The position numbers and the translations under genes are program-made. The notes under the pieces were generated by a model. It searched no databases. It saw nothing but the letters and a program-made list of their open reading frames with translations, and had not been told where the DNA came from. Shown piece after piece: positions 1 through 11,300 of a stretch of DNA of 64,000 bases. Position 1 is the first letter of the stretch. Every line of letters starts with the position of its first letter. Location of the stretch: assembly GCA_040220235.1 (NCBI GenBank), contig JAVJTO010000060.1; one strand, 5' to 3'. Source of the DNA: Coleofasciculus sp. B1-GNL1-01. Its GTDB lineage: Bacteria; Cyanobacteriota; Cyanobacteriia; Cyanobacteriales; Coleofasciculaceae.

Positions 1-1157
1 AGCTTTACTTTGAATCGCTCAAAGCAGACATACTGCTTCTCAATTGAAAATGAAACCTCACCTGCATCATATTTATAAAACCCTTCTTCAAATTCAAAAC
101 TTATGGGCAAGTTTACAAGATTATCTTTTGATCCTGTACTATCTTCCCAGAGGAAATATTCTTGCCATTTTTCGTGGTTACGTAAAGGTTCACTGATTTG
201 CAATAAGACTTCAGTAAACTTAAAGTCCTTCTGGAAAGAACAATGGACAGGCAACCATTTTGCCGACAGCCCTAGTACATCTTGCAATTCTTCATATTTT
301 CTGCCACTGAAGACAGTGCTGACGATAATCTCTGACTGTCCTGTAATTCGCCAAATTAGCGTCTGCCAACAGGCGAATAAGAATTCAGCAACTGTGGTTT
401 GGTGTAGAGTGGCGATTTTTTCGAGCTTCGCCACTACTTCTGGCTCAATCCTCAGGGCATAAACATCGGGTTCAAATCCCGTTTTTCCACTAGGCTTGCG
501 CTCAAAAGGAAGGGTTAGCGCTGGAAGTGAACCTAAGTTTTGCTTGTGCCAGTACGCTTTTCCGAGTTCGGCATCTTCTTCTAATAATTCATTCTGCCAT
601 TCAGAAAATTGAATATATTGTACTGGTTCATCAGTCAATTTCTCATTTTTCAAGCCTTTGCTGTAGATGTAACTCAGTTCTTTAACCAGATTTTTTAGCG
701 TCCAGCTATCTGCACACAGTGATGGCAGGGTAATGAGCAAAATATGTTGAGTGGCTGACAGGCTAATTAGGGATGAGCGTAGAATAGAATCTTGCTCAAA
801 ATTGAAAATAAAGCACTTTTCTTTCTGAAACAGTTCCTCAATTTTTGCTTGCTGTTCCTTTGGATCTGAATCACTCAGATTGAAGTAATTCCATAATGGG
901 ATGCCGCTATTGTGTATGACTTGAATAGGGAGTTTTATCCCAGGTTGCCGATAGAATGTTGTGCGAAGGATTTCATGGCGATTGACGACTTGCTGTAAAG
1001 CGTCTTCTAGTACTTCTGTTTTGAGTTTACCTTCAATCCGAAGAACACACTGGGCACGGTAAACGAGATTATTGTGTTGTAATGACCACAGATGTTTTTG
1101 CTGTGGGGAGAGTCGAAAGCCTTGAATAGTTTGATTTTGCATTGTTTGATTTTGCAT
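1..1157 (-). CDS. NRPS, 5' part only (runs off window); N-terminal interface (I)-type degenerate condensation domain
   Basis: Not in the ORF track because it has no stop in the window. Segments translated by hand from ATG 1157 (or 1142) give MQNQTMQNQTIQGFRLSPQQKHLW...ITLPSLCADSWTLKNLV...KQYVCFERFKVK, clearly paralogous to the N-terminus of 23956..28530. LPSLCAD replaces HHxxxDG. Confidence 0.85.
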   Translation of the reverse strand, partial: MQNQTMQNQTIQGFRLSPQQKHLWSLQHNNLVYRAQCVLRIEGKLKTEVLEDALQQVVNRHEILRTTFYRQPGIKLPIQVIHNSGIPLWNYFNLSDSDPKEQQAKIEELFQKEKCFIFNFEQDSILRSSLISLSATQHILLITLPSLCADSWTLKNLVKELSYIYSKGLKNEKLTDEPVQYIQFSEWQNELLEEDAELGKAYWHKQNLGSLPALTLPFERKPSGKTGFEPDVYALRIEPEVVAKLEKIATLHQTTVAEFLFACWQTLIWRITGQSEIIVSTVFSGRKYEELQDVLGLSAKWLPVHCSFQKDFKFTEVLLQISEPLRNHEKWQEYFLWEDSTGSKDNLVNLPISFEFEEGFYKYDAGEVSFSIEKQYVCFERFKVK

Positions 1158-1173
1158 TTTTTGTTCAAATCCT

Positions 1174-4100
1174 TTAAATGTTTTTACTAGAAATCATTTC
1201 TCCCATTGCCACTACAATTTTGCGTGAACCAACGTAGGGATTTCGCCCATGAGCAATTAACATATTATCTAGCATCAATATGTCTCCTTGCTGCCAAGGG
1301 AAGCTGACTTTAGCTTCTTGATAAACTTCTCCAATTTCTGCCATGACTGAGTCTTCAATGGGAGAACCATCACCGTAATAGACATTGCGCGGTAGATTTT
1401 CTTCCCCAAGCGTTGATAGTAGAGATGCCTTAATAGCTGGCTCTAGGCATGATATATGGTGTAATTGCACTTGATTAAAAAATAATGACTCTCCTGTTTT
1501 GGGATGTTGAGAAATTGCTGGTCGCACTTTGCGGATTCTTAGGCTATTACCTGAGAGCCACTCGAAATCAATGCCAGACTGACGACAATAATTTTCGACA
1601 GCTATTTTGTCAGTGGTGTGAAAGAAATCTTGCCAACTTACATCTAGACCTTCGATGTAGTTGCGGACATACATTAATTGTTTTTGCTTGAATCTTTCTC
1701 GTAGTTTTGGATTGAGACGTTGATAGACTTTGCGGCAGTCAACAATCGGAGTTTCTCCACCTTGGTGCGCTGGCTGCACGCAGAAAAACCAAATTTTAAG
1801 GGGCCACTGGTGCATGTGGGAACTTTCGTTATGGAAGAGAATGGCTTGGTTAGAAGGATAAGGGGTAGAACCATAGACTCTGCCACTGATGCCTTCCCTA
1901 GGTAAGTCACCATACTCACCAAACAACTTGGGACAAATAGCACTGGCTACTTTTTCAAATTCAGGTACTGACTTGACATTGAATCCTCGGAAGAGAATTG
2001 CACCGTGTTGCAGCAAATTAGTTTCAATGAATTCGCGTTTGTTAGTTGCCCAGTCAGCTAGGTCAATATCATCTCCATCGGGTTGAATAACATAAGGGAG
2101 GTTTTGTCCAGGCTGGAGATAATCTGTTTTGATTAACTCTTTTTGGGGTAGGCTAACAGTCTTAGGCTTGATAGTTTTGAATTTCTTGAACTGCGCTTTT
2201 TCACGCTGATTTGTTTCAGCAATTTGTTGCTGCTTTTCAGATTCACTAAGCATTTCTAAGGTATTAATTCTGGTATCGGGGTGTTGGGCAATGCTGTGTA
2301 GCAGCGTCTGAAAGTGAGCTGACAGACGGGTAATCGCCTCAGCTTCAAATAGGTCAGTGCGGTATTTCCAATTGCCAACGATTCCTTGCTCTGTGTCTTG
2401 CATAAAGAGAGCTAAATCAAATCTGGCTTTATCGCTATTGACTTCTATTGAGGTGAGAGTCAGACCTGAAAACTCCACAGCAGGCATAGGAGTATTCTGG
2501 AGGACAAATAACACCTGAAATAGGGGGGTTTTACTTGTAGCCCGGTCTGGACGCAAACTTTCTACCAATTTGGCGAAAGGCAAATCTTGATGAGCATAAG
2601 CTCCTAAGCAGACTTCCTGCACTCTTTTTAGTAGTTCTCGGAAGGTGGGGTTACCAGACAAGTCACTGCGCAATAACAGGAGGTTGATAAAAAATCCTAT
2701 TAGGGGTTCTATTTCAGCTCGATGGCGACCGGCAACATCAGTACCAACTATAATGTCATCCTGATTGGTGTAGCGGTACAGTAGTGTCTGAAAAGCTGCC
2801 AGTAAAGTCATAAACAGGGTTACCCTTTGTTTGCGACTCAGTGTTTTGAGTTGTTGAGACAGGTGAGTTGATATTAGGAAGGATTGAGCTACAGACTCCT
2901 GTTTTCTGGTAGTTAGAGGGGGAGGGTCTGCTATTTTCTGTAAATTCAGTGTAGCGGGAGCACCCGCCAGTTGTTGCCGCCAGTAAGAAAGCTGGTTTTC
3001 CAGTACTTCTCCTTGTAGCCACTGACGCTGCCAGACTGCAAAGTCTGTATACTGGATGGGAAGCTCTGGTAGCGGAGAGGGCTGACCTTGAGAGAATGCC
3101 TCATAGAGTGTTGCCAGTTCTGTTATCAACACTCCCATAGACCATCTATCAAAAATAATGTGGTTTGTACTGAACAGTAGCACATGTTCCTGCTCATTTA
3201 GTTTTAGCAGCTTTACTCTCAGCAACGGGTCTTGAGCTAAGTCGAATAATTTTTGACTCCACTCATTGGCTAACCGCTGGACTTCACTCTTCTGCTCAGC
3301 TTCTGGCAACTGGCACAAGTTCACTACCGACAAACTAATATCTAAGGATGGGGCGATCCGCTGAATGGGTTGTCCCTCAACAACAGGAAATGTAGTGCGA
3401 AAGACTTCATGACGACGCACAATTTCGTTGAAGGCCTGCTCCAGTGCTGCTACATTGAGTAAACCAACTAGACTTACAGCGTCTAGTTCGTTATAGCTAC
3501 CTGAGTCTAGTTGCTCTAGAAACCACAGCCGCTGCTGAGCAAAAGACAGGGGTAATTTGCCATTTCGTGAGACGCGCTTGATGGATTGCTCGAAGTCTTT
3601 CTGGAGCACTTTTGTTGTCTGGAAGTTAGAAGGGGGATAGCCTCCAACTTCTGGAGATTGGCAATGAGCGATAAGCGATCGCAACGCTTCGATAAAACTC
3701 TGTGCCAGGTTCTCAATCGTAGCTCGCTGATGAATTGCCTCACTGTAAGTCCAATCGAGTCGTAGCTGACCTCCAGCAACAATCCCGTTAATATCTAATA
3801 GATGGCTGCGACTTCCCCGCAAGCTAAGTGCTTGTCCGCTAGGTTCTCGAGCTGGTACAAACAGAGATGACTCCTGGAATACCTGGTCAGTCTGGCCCAG
3901 ATAATTAAACGCGATTTCAGCTTGAGGCTGATGCTGCCAAGACGTTGTCTCCTCACCCTTGAGATAGCGTAAAACGCCATAGCCAATTCCTCGATTTGGA
4001 ATACTTCTGAGCTGTTCTTTAATCGTCTTTAAAGCATCTCCCGGACTAGCAGATTCCTCGATATCCAGCAAAACGGGGAAGATAGTAGTGAACCAGCCCA

Positions 4101-7100
4101 CAGTACGTGATAGGTCTACATCATCAAAGATTTCCTCCCGTCCGTGACCCTCAAGGTCAATTAGCAGTGAGTACACCCCTGTCCACTGGGCAAAAGCTTG
4201 TACCAGCGCTGTAAGCAGTACATCATTAATTTGAGTCTGATAAGCTGCCGGTACTTCCTGTAGCAATGCTTGAGTTTCTTCCTTGCTCAGAGCTACCGAC
4301 ACATTCCTCGCTTTAGCCACAGTATTATCGCCTTCAGGAAAGTCTACTGGGATGTGGGCAATTTGCCGACGAGACTCCCTCAGCCAGTAATCCAACTCTT
4401 GTTGTAGTGCTTCAGATTGGGCGTACTCCCTTAATCTTTCCGCCCAATACTTGAACGAGGTTGTTTTAGGTGACAACTGAATCTCTTTGCCCTGACTGAG
4501 TTGTTGGTAGGCACTCTGGAGGTCTTCTAACAAAATCCGCCAAGAGACACCATCAACGGCTAGGTGGTGGATGACCAACAGCAAGCGGTCAGGCTTGTTG
4601 GCACCTAAGTTAAAGTAGGCTACCCGCACCAGTGGTCCTGAGGATAGATTGAGGCTGGCTTGTAGTTCAGTCGCAGCTTTCGATATGGCTAGCCCTCGTT
4701 CTGTCTCTGAAACCGTTGACAAATCTAGCAGAGTAAATGGCGTTAACTCATCAGGGTTAACCTCAAGCTGCTGCCAGTCTGTTTCCTGGTGAACAAAGCA
4801 CAGGCGCAGAGCATCGTGGTGTTCGAGCAGTTTCTGCACTGTCTGCTCCAACAGTGCCGGGTCAAGTGCTTGCCGAACTTCCAGTAAAATTGATTGATTC
4901 CAATGATGAGACTCAGGAAGATTTTGCTCAAAGAACCAGTGCTGAATAGGAGTTATAGGCACTTTACCTGTCACCAACCCCTGTTGAGCTTGAATAACTC
5001 GGTTCGTGGCAGCCACTGCTGCTAGTTCGGCAATTGTCTGGTGTTCAAACATCTGCTTGATTGTCAGATTCAGACCAGTCTGGTTTGCTCTAGCGACGAT
5101 CTGGATACTGAGGATGGAATCCCCACCTAAGTCAAAGAAATTATCGTGTACTCCTATCTTTTCGAGTCTGAGAACCTTAGCCCAAATTTCAGCTAGGACT
5201 TTCTCAACAGTAGTACGAGGTGCTACAAAAGTTTCTTCCTCCTCAGATCTGGTTAGATCGGGTGCTGGTAGTGCTTTTCGGTCTACTTTGCCGTTGGGTG
5301 TTAAGGGTAAGGTGTCTAAGGTGACAAAGGCATTTGGCACCATGTATTCGGGTAGCTTTAAAAAGAGAAATTCACGCAGTTGCTTAGTAGTGAGTGATTC
5401 ATCTCTAGTAACGATATAGGCAACTAAACGTTTGTTACCAGGAAGATCTTCTCTGGCAATAACTACAGCTTGTTGGATTTGGGAGTGAGTGTTGAGGAAG
5501 GATTCGATTTCTCTGAGTTCGATGCGGAAACCCCGAACTTTCACCAGGCGATCGAGGCGACCAAGAAACTCAATTGTTCCGTCCGTTCGGTAACGCACGC
5601 GATCACCCGTTTTGTAAAGACGCGCTCCTGGTGTTTCACTAAATGGATCGGGAATAAACGCCAGTGCTGTGAGTTCCGGTCGGTTTAAATAACCTCTAGC
5701 GACACCAACTCCTCCGATGTAAAGTTCTCCTGGAACACCTACTGGCACTGGCTGTAAGTATGGGTCGAGGATGTAAGTCTTGGCATGGCTAATTGCTTTG
5801 CCGATGGGCAGTTCTTGCCCTGAAATATCGACATCTGTAAGATCTGACAAGTCAACAGCGGTCGTCACGATGGTTGCTTCTGTAAGACCGTAGGTATTGA
5901 CCAGGCGTACCCTTCGATCGACCTGCTGCTGCCAGGTAGTGAGTCGCTTTGGCAACGCTTTTTCACCGCCAATAATGACCAAGCGCACACAATCCGGTAA
6001 GGTCAAATTCAGGGCTGGCAATTCAGCAACCATTTGATGCCAGAATGCAGTGGGTAAGTCGAGTACCGTCAGTTGCCAATCGTCGCAACATCGGAGAAAT
6101 GCTGGGATGGAACTCAACATTTCGTCGGTTCGCAAGACTAGCATTGCTCCTCGTGCCAGACAGGGAAAAATTTCTTCAGCAGCAGCATCGAAGCTGATGG
6201 ACGCAAATTGCAAAATGCGATCGCTAGAAGAAATCGCGTATTCAGCCATCGCCGCCTGAGTATAATTCACCAACGACTGGTGTTGAATCATGACTCCCTT
6301 GGGTTTGCCGGTGGAACCAGACGTATAGATCGCATAAGCCAGGTTCTCAGGTCGAGTGTGGCTAACTGGATTTTTGCGGCTTTCCTGTGCAATCAACGTC
6401 CAGTCTGCATCCAAGCAAACCACAGACGATTTGAGATCGGGAAGCCTTGCGACTAAAGCCTCCTGAGTGAGCAGAACCGACACCTGTGAATCTGATAAAA
6501 GAAATCGTTGACGCTCTTGAGGATAGGCTGGGTCTACAGGCAGATAGGCTCCTCCTGCTTTGAGAATTCCTAGCAATCCCACGACCATCTCTAAGGAACG
6601 TTCTACACAGATTCCCACCAGTACCTCTGGTTTTACGCCAAGCTTTTGCAAATGATGCGCTAGCTGATTGGCTCTGACGTTTAGTTCTCGGTAGGTTAGC
6701 TGTTGCTCTTCAAATACTACCGCTACTGCATCCGGTGTTCTCTCTACCTGCTTCTCAAATAACTGATGAATACATTTCTCTAAGGGATATTCACTCTCGG
6801 TCTCATTCCACTTCACCAACAACTGATGACGTTCTGCTTCACTCAACAAGGGTAATTCAGCTACAGTTTGTTGAGGATTTTCTACAATGGCTGATAACAA
6901 GTTCTGAAAATGAGCTGTCATGCGCTCAATGGTTGACCCATCAAACAAGTCAGTATTGTATTCCCATTCGCCCACTAATCCCTGAGTCGTTTCAGTCATT
7001 GACAGGGTTAAATCAAACTGAGCAATTGTGCTTTCCCGCTCTAAGGGAGTCAACGTCACACCGGGTAACTCTACTTCCCCCATCGGTGCATTCTGCAAGA

Positions 7101-8376
7101 TAAACATCACCTGAAACAGAGGAGAATGACTCAAGGAGCGTTGGGGTTGCAAGGCTTCTACTACTTGCTCAAAAGGCACGTCCTGATGTTCGTAGGCTTT
7201 GAGTGTGGTTTCCCTAACTTGTGCCAGTAAGTCCTTGATCCTGGGATTATCTTCAAAACGGGTTCTCAACACCAAAGTATTCACAAAAAAGCCAATCAAA
7301 GATTCAATTTCACGGCGGTGGCGATTGGCTATAGGAGAACCCATTAAAATATCTGATTGACCGCTATAGCGATAGAGTAAAGTGGCAAACGCCGCCAACA
7401 GGGTCATAAATAAAGTTGTCCCCGACTCCCGAGACAGGGTTTGCAACTTTTGGGTTAAATCAGTATTTAAAGTAAAACTGTGAGTCGTCCCTCGGTAAGT
7501 TTGCACAGTTGGACGAGGGTGGTCAGTCGGTAATTGTAACAATTCTGGCGCACCCTGCAATTGAGAAAGCCAGTAATTGAGTTGAGCTTCTAGTACCTCT
7601 CCACTCAACCACTGTCTTTGCCAAATGGCAAAGTCGGCATACTGGATTGGTAATTCGGCTAAGGGAGATGGTTCTCCTGCACCAAAAGCTTGATATAAAC
7701 TAGACAGTTCTTGGATAAATACACCCATCGACCAACCATCAGAGATAATATGGTGCATTGTCAGTAACACTACAGATTCTGTTGCTGATAGCTGCAACAA
7801 ACTGCACCTAATTAAGGGTGCTATCTCCAAGTTAAAGGGGGTAATGGCTTCTTGTTGTGCTTGTTGGTGTAGGACAGTTTCTCGTTCTGTTACTTCTAGT
7901 GGCTCTAAGTCCACCACATTTATCTTCAGGGTGGCTTCTGAGTGAATTACCTGTATGGGTGTGCCGTTAACAGTTTGGAAGCTAGTGCGTAGTACTTCGT
8001 GGCGGCGTACTATTTCTGATAAGGCTTGTTGCAGGGCATTAACATCCAAGTTACCACTGAGGCGGACTGCCCCTGGTATGTTGTAAGTGGCACTTGACCC
8101 TTCCAGTTGGTTGAGGAACCACAGTCGCTGCTGGGCAAAGGACAGGGGTAAATCTGTATCCCTTGGGACAGGCAGAATTGGCTTAATACTAAAACTTGAG
8201 GCAAAATCAGTTTTTTTCAAAAATTCGATTATTTCTGATTTGCGCTCTCGTAGCTGAGACTTCAGAGTCGGTGTCAGCGTTCCTTCAGGGGCATTATAAT
8301 GTAGCTGCTCACCATCAACCCAGAACCTTACGTCTAGACTTTGAAAGCAAGATAAGAATTCATCAATGGGTTTCAT
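1174..8376 (-). CDS. NRPS: docking-C-A(basic amino acid, Lys/Arg-like)-T-E-C-TauD-like beta-hydroxylase
   Basis: C HHIISDGWS; A YTSGSTGKPKG with hand-read code DAEDIGTIVK; T GGDSI; E HHLAVDGVSW/EGHGRE; second C NHIIFDRWS; C-terminal Fe/2OG domain HNE...DNMLIAHGR. Confidence 0.92.
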   Translation of the reverse strand: MKPIDEFLSCFQSLDVRFWVDGEQLHYNAPEGTLTPTLKSQLRERKSEIIEFLKKTDFASSFSIKPILPVPRDTDLPLSFAQQRLWFLNQLEGSSATYNIPGAVRLSGNLDVNALQQALSEIVRRHEVLRTSFQTVNGTPIQVIHSEATLKINVVDLEPLEVTERETVLHQQAQQEAITPFNLEIAPLIRCSLLQLSATESVVLLTMHHIISDGWSMGVFIQELSSLYQAFGAGEPSPLAELPIQYADFAIWQRQWLSGEVLEAQLNYWLSQLQGAPELLQLPTDHPRPTVQTYRGTTHSFTLNTDLTQKLQTLSRESGTTLFMTLLAAFATLLYRYSGQSDILMGSPIANRHRREIESLIGFFVNTLVLRTRFEDNPRIKDLLAQVRETTLKAYEHQDVPFEQVVEALQPQRSLSHSPLFQVMFILQNAPMGEVELPGVTLTPLERESTIAQFDLTLSMTETTQGLVGEWEYNTDLFDGSTIERMTAHFQNLLSAIVENPQQTVAELPLLSEAERHQLLVKWNETESEYPLEKCIHQLFEKQVERTPDAVAVVFEEQQLTYRELNVRANQLAHHLQKLGVKPEVLVGICVERSLEMVVGLLGILKAGGAYLPVDPAYPQERQRFLLSDSQVSVLLTQEALVARLPDLKSSVVCLDADWTLIAQESRKNPVSHTRPENLAYAIYTSGSTGKPKGVMIQHQSLVNYTQAAMAEYAISSSDRILQFASISFDAAAEEIFPCLARGAMLVLRTDEMLSSIPAFLRCCDDWQLTVLDLPTAFWHQMVAELPALNLTLPDCVRLVIIGGEKALPKRLTTWQQQVDRRVRLVNTYGLTEATIVTTAVDLSDLTDVDISGQELPIGKAISHAKTYILDPYLQPVPVGVPGELYIGGVGVARGYLNRPELTALAFIPDPFSETPGARLYKTGDRVRYRTDGTIEFLGRLDRLVKVRGFRIELREIESFLNTHSQIQQAVVIAREDLPGNKRLVAYIVTRDESLTTKQLREFLFLKLPEYMVPNAFVTLDTLPLTPNGKVDRKALPAPDLTRSEEEETFVAPRTTVEKVLAEIWAKVLRLEKIGVHDNFFDLGGDSILSIQIVARANQTGLNLTIKQMFEHQTIAELAAVAATNRVIQAQQGLVTGKVPITPIQHWFFEQNLPESHHWNQSILLEVRQALDPALLEQTVQKLLEHHDALRLCFVHQETDWQQLEVNPDELTPFTLLDLSTVSETERGLAISKAATELQASLNLSSGPLVRVAYFNLGANKPDRLLLVIHHLAVDGVSWRILLEDLQSAYQQLSQGKEIQLSPKTTSFKYWAERLREYAQSEALQQELDYWLRESRRQIAHIPVDFPEGDNTVAKARNVSVALSKEETQALLQEVPAAYQTQINDVLLTALVQAFAQWTGVYSLLIDLEGHGREEIFDDVDLSRTVGWFTTIFPVLLDIEESASPGDALKTIKEQLRSIPNRGIGYGVLRYLKGEETTSWQHQPQAEIAFNYLGQTDQVFQESSLFVPAREPSGQALSLRGSRSHLLDINGIVAGGQLRLDWTYSEAIHQRATIENLAQSFIEALRSLIAHCQSPEVGGYPPSNFQTTKVLQKDFEQSIKRVSRNGKLPLSFAQQRLWFLEQLDSGSYNELDAVSLVGLLNVAALEQAFNEIVRRHEVFRTTFPVVEGQPIQRIAPSLDISLSVVNLCQLPEAEQKSEVQRLANEWSQKLFDLAQDPLLRVKLLKLNEQEHVLLFSTNHIIFDRWSMGVLITELATLYEAFSQGQPSPLPELPIQYTDFAVWQRQWLQGEVLENQLSYWRQQLAGAPATLNLQKIADPPPLTTRKQESVAQSFLISTHLSQQLKTLSRKQRVTLFMTLLAAFQTLLYRYTNQDDIIVGTDVAGRHRAEIEPLIGFFINLLLLRSDLSGNPTFRELLKRVQEVCLGAYAHQDLPFAKLVESLRPDRATSKTPLFQVLFVLQNTPMPAVEFSGLTLTSIEVNSDKARFDLALFMQDTEQGIVGNWKYRTDLFEAEAITRLSAHFQTLLHSIAQHPDTRINTLEMLSESEKQQQIAETNQREKAQFKKFKTIKPKTVSLPQKELIKTDYLQPGQNLPYVIQPDGDDIDLADWATNKREFIETNLLQHGAILFRGFNVKSVPEFEKVASAICPKLFGEYGDLPREGISGRVYGSTPYPSNQAILFHNESSHMHQWPLKIWFFCVQPAHQGGETPIVDCRKVYQRLNPKLRERFKQKQLMYVRNYIEGLDVSWQDFFHTTDKIAVENYCRQSGIDFEWLSGNSLRIRKVRPAISQHPKTGESLFFNQVQLHHISCLEPAIKASLLSTLGEENLPRNVYYGDGSPIEDSVMAEIGEVYQEAKVSFPWQQGDILMLDNMLIAHGRNPYVGSRKIVVAMGEMISSKNI

Positions 8377-11300
8377 AGTATTCCCTCCTCTCGAACACCA
8401 AAAGCAGCAGTTGTAAAACTTTGCTGTTTTTGGGTTGTCAAACGTATATTTTCAACTTGCTCAGATATACCGGCCACAGTCGGTTTCTCGAACAGGCTGC
8501 GTAGGGACAACTCCATCAGGAACGCCTCGCGCATGCGAGAAATAATTTGAGTGGCTAGTAGAGAATGTCCTCCCAATTCAAAGAAGTTGTCGTGGATTCC
8601 TACCTTTTGTACGCCTATAACTGAAGCAAAGATGTTGGCGATTATTTCTTCACTTGCCGTGCGGGGTGCTACGTATTCATGTTCTCGGCTGATTTCTCCA
8701 TCTGGTGCTGGCAGTGCTTTTCTGTCTACTTTGCCGTTAGGTGTTAGGGGGAGAGTGTCTAAGGTGACAAAGGCAGAAGGCACCATGTATTCGGGTAGCT
8801 TTGAAAAGAGGAATTCACGCAGTTGCTTGCTGGTGAGTGATTCATCTCTAGTAACGATATAGGTAACTAAGCGTTTGTTACCAGCAGTGTCTTCTGTCGC
8901 AATGACTACAGCTTGTTGGATTTGGGGGTGGGTGTTGAGAACGGCTTCAATTTCTCCGAGTTCGATGCGGAAGCCGCGAATCTTTACTTGATGGTCAATG
9001 CGACCGAGGAATTCGATATTGCCATCCGGCAGCCAGCGAGCTAGGTCTCCAGTCCTATACAATCTTTCTTCTTCTGCCTTTTGACTTTTCCCGATTTCCT
9101 TCGCAAACGGGTTGGGAATAAACTTTTCCTGCGTTAACTCAGGCAGATTCAAATACCCTTGTGCTAGTCCATCTCCTCCTACATATAGCTCACCCGTAAC
9201 ACCTGGTGGTAAAAGATTGCCATACTTGTCCAGTATGTAAATTTGTGTGTTTGAAATCGGTTTTCCAATCGGAATCGTATTTTTCTTCATATAGTCTTCT
9301 AGAGCTTCTCCTAAATCTGCTTTTGGATCGTCCGCCAACTGCAAATGTATCGCTTCTTTCACGATAGCAGTTTCTGTACCACTTGAGTCACTTCTTTGTA
9401 CGGGAAGATTTTTTATACCATCAAGTTTCCCTTGACTTCTTGCTTCAATTTGATTGGCGATTCTCAGTTGATCCTCAAGAACACTCTGTAAATCTGTAGC
9501 GGTTGTATTCGGATTAGACAAAACAGCCCGAAATACAATGATTTCTTTGTCTTTACCATAGGCAGTGTCCATCAGAGTGCTCTTAGAGACAAAGGTTAGT
9601 CCTTGTTCAAATTGTTCTCTTTGTATCTGTGTATTGAGTTGATTAATTCTTTGGATGTCATCGTCACTCAAGGAGTTTTGTTGTGATTTCGCTCTTAAAT
9701 TCTCAGGAATATATCGATAATTAACGATATTCAACCCTGGTTCCATGACGAGATCGAATGGTTCCAATAGCTCAATCAGTCTAGAAAAATATTGGGCTTT
9801 CTCTATGCCATTGTCAATCAGAATCTCGTATCCCCTTTTACCGATAATATGAAGTGCCCCGTGTAAGCATAACGATAGTGCCGAACGTGACCCTTCAATC
9901 GTGAATCGTCCCACGTCAAATGTATCTCGCTGAGCCTGGTAACGGGCTGTGGTCTCGGCAAAGTTTAACATCTGCGGATCTTTAAACAGACAAACACTAA
10001 TACCCTGAGGTAGGTATAACTGTTTATGCCCACAAATAGTTATCGAATCAGCTTTGTTGATTCCCTTCAATTTTCCTTTATGCTTCTCGGAAAATATCGT
10101 CGCACCACCCCAAGCAGCATCCACATGAAAATGAATACCGAATTCCTGCGCGATATCGCCCAGTTCAAATAAAGGATCGATTTCACCAGTTTCTGTTGTT
10201 CCAGCGATGCCTACAAGCGCCAGAATGTATAGCTTATTTCTACTACATTCGCGGATTCTTTCTTTGAGCAAATTTAGGTCTAATTTTCCGTCATCATTAC
10301 TGTCAATAAAAACAATGTTGTCTGTCCCCAAACCTAACATTGAAGCTGCCTTATTGAAAGAATAATGCATTAGCCGAGAGCCAATGATAACGATATCGTC
10401 ATATCCTTTTTTACTCAGAACTTTATAAAGGCTTTCTTTTGATAAATTGCCGGATTTTTTTGTGTTTAACAATCCCGAATTTCGCGCACACAATAAAGCA
10501 CTGATGTTTGCCGTTGTACCGCCGGTTGTTATAATACCCAGGTTTCTATTTTTTTGCTGAATATTTTCCTCGTAAAATTCACCTGAAAAGTTATAAACAA
10601 GACGATGCAATATGGCGATCGCTTCCCGTTCCAAAAACATCAAAGACTTTGATGTCTCGATTTTCACCAAATTTTGGTTCAATCGCGAAATCATCTTGCT
10701 CATATCATGCATAAAATCGGGCAAAGCCGATGTCATATGCCCGATGAATGTAGGAGAGCCTGTATCGATCGCATATGGAAGCACCTCCTCGGACAATTTA
10801 TCGTAATAGTCGTCAACGGTTAAAGGATATGAGGGCAACTCGCTCCGTTGAAACTTTGTAGCTAGCATTTCTGGACTCACGCCAGGCTTCGTAAACGGTT
10901 TCTGGTGAACCCCAAGAACCTGGTTTTCGGTTGCACCACGAACAACTTCTGGCTTGAAATATTGCAGTATTCGTTGCCGTGTTTCCCAAAAATTGACTTC
11001 AAAGCAGGTCACGTCAGCAGCAACTTCTGAAGAGCCGTAGATATTGAACAATCTGGCAGAACTGAGTTTCTGGTGAAATGCCTCAGCCAACGTTAGTGGT
11101 AGGGCTTCACCGCTGCAAAAGACATATTTGAGATATCGAAGTTGTGTCAGTTGTTGGGGCGCATTGTCCAGCATCGCTTTGAGCAGGGAGGGAACCAGAA
11201 CAATTCTAGTTATCTTGTTATCGCTCAACAGGCTCATTAGCCTGGGAATATCGCCTCGTATATTATCTGGAACAACCACGAGCGGAATCCCTTTGAGAAG

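Noticed and set aside
1128..1157. 15-bp tandem duplication at a start codon (MQNQT twice)
   Set aside because: Real but trivial; it only makes the start ambiguous.
9280..10990. Insert as Dab decarboxylase making 1,3-diaminopropane (schizokinen-type route)
   Set aside because: Diaminopropane has no carboxyl to adenylate, the host A domain has a beta-Ala-type code, and no IucA/C or N-hydroxylase genes are in the window. Disfavoured, but not excluded without a phylogeny.
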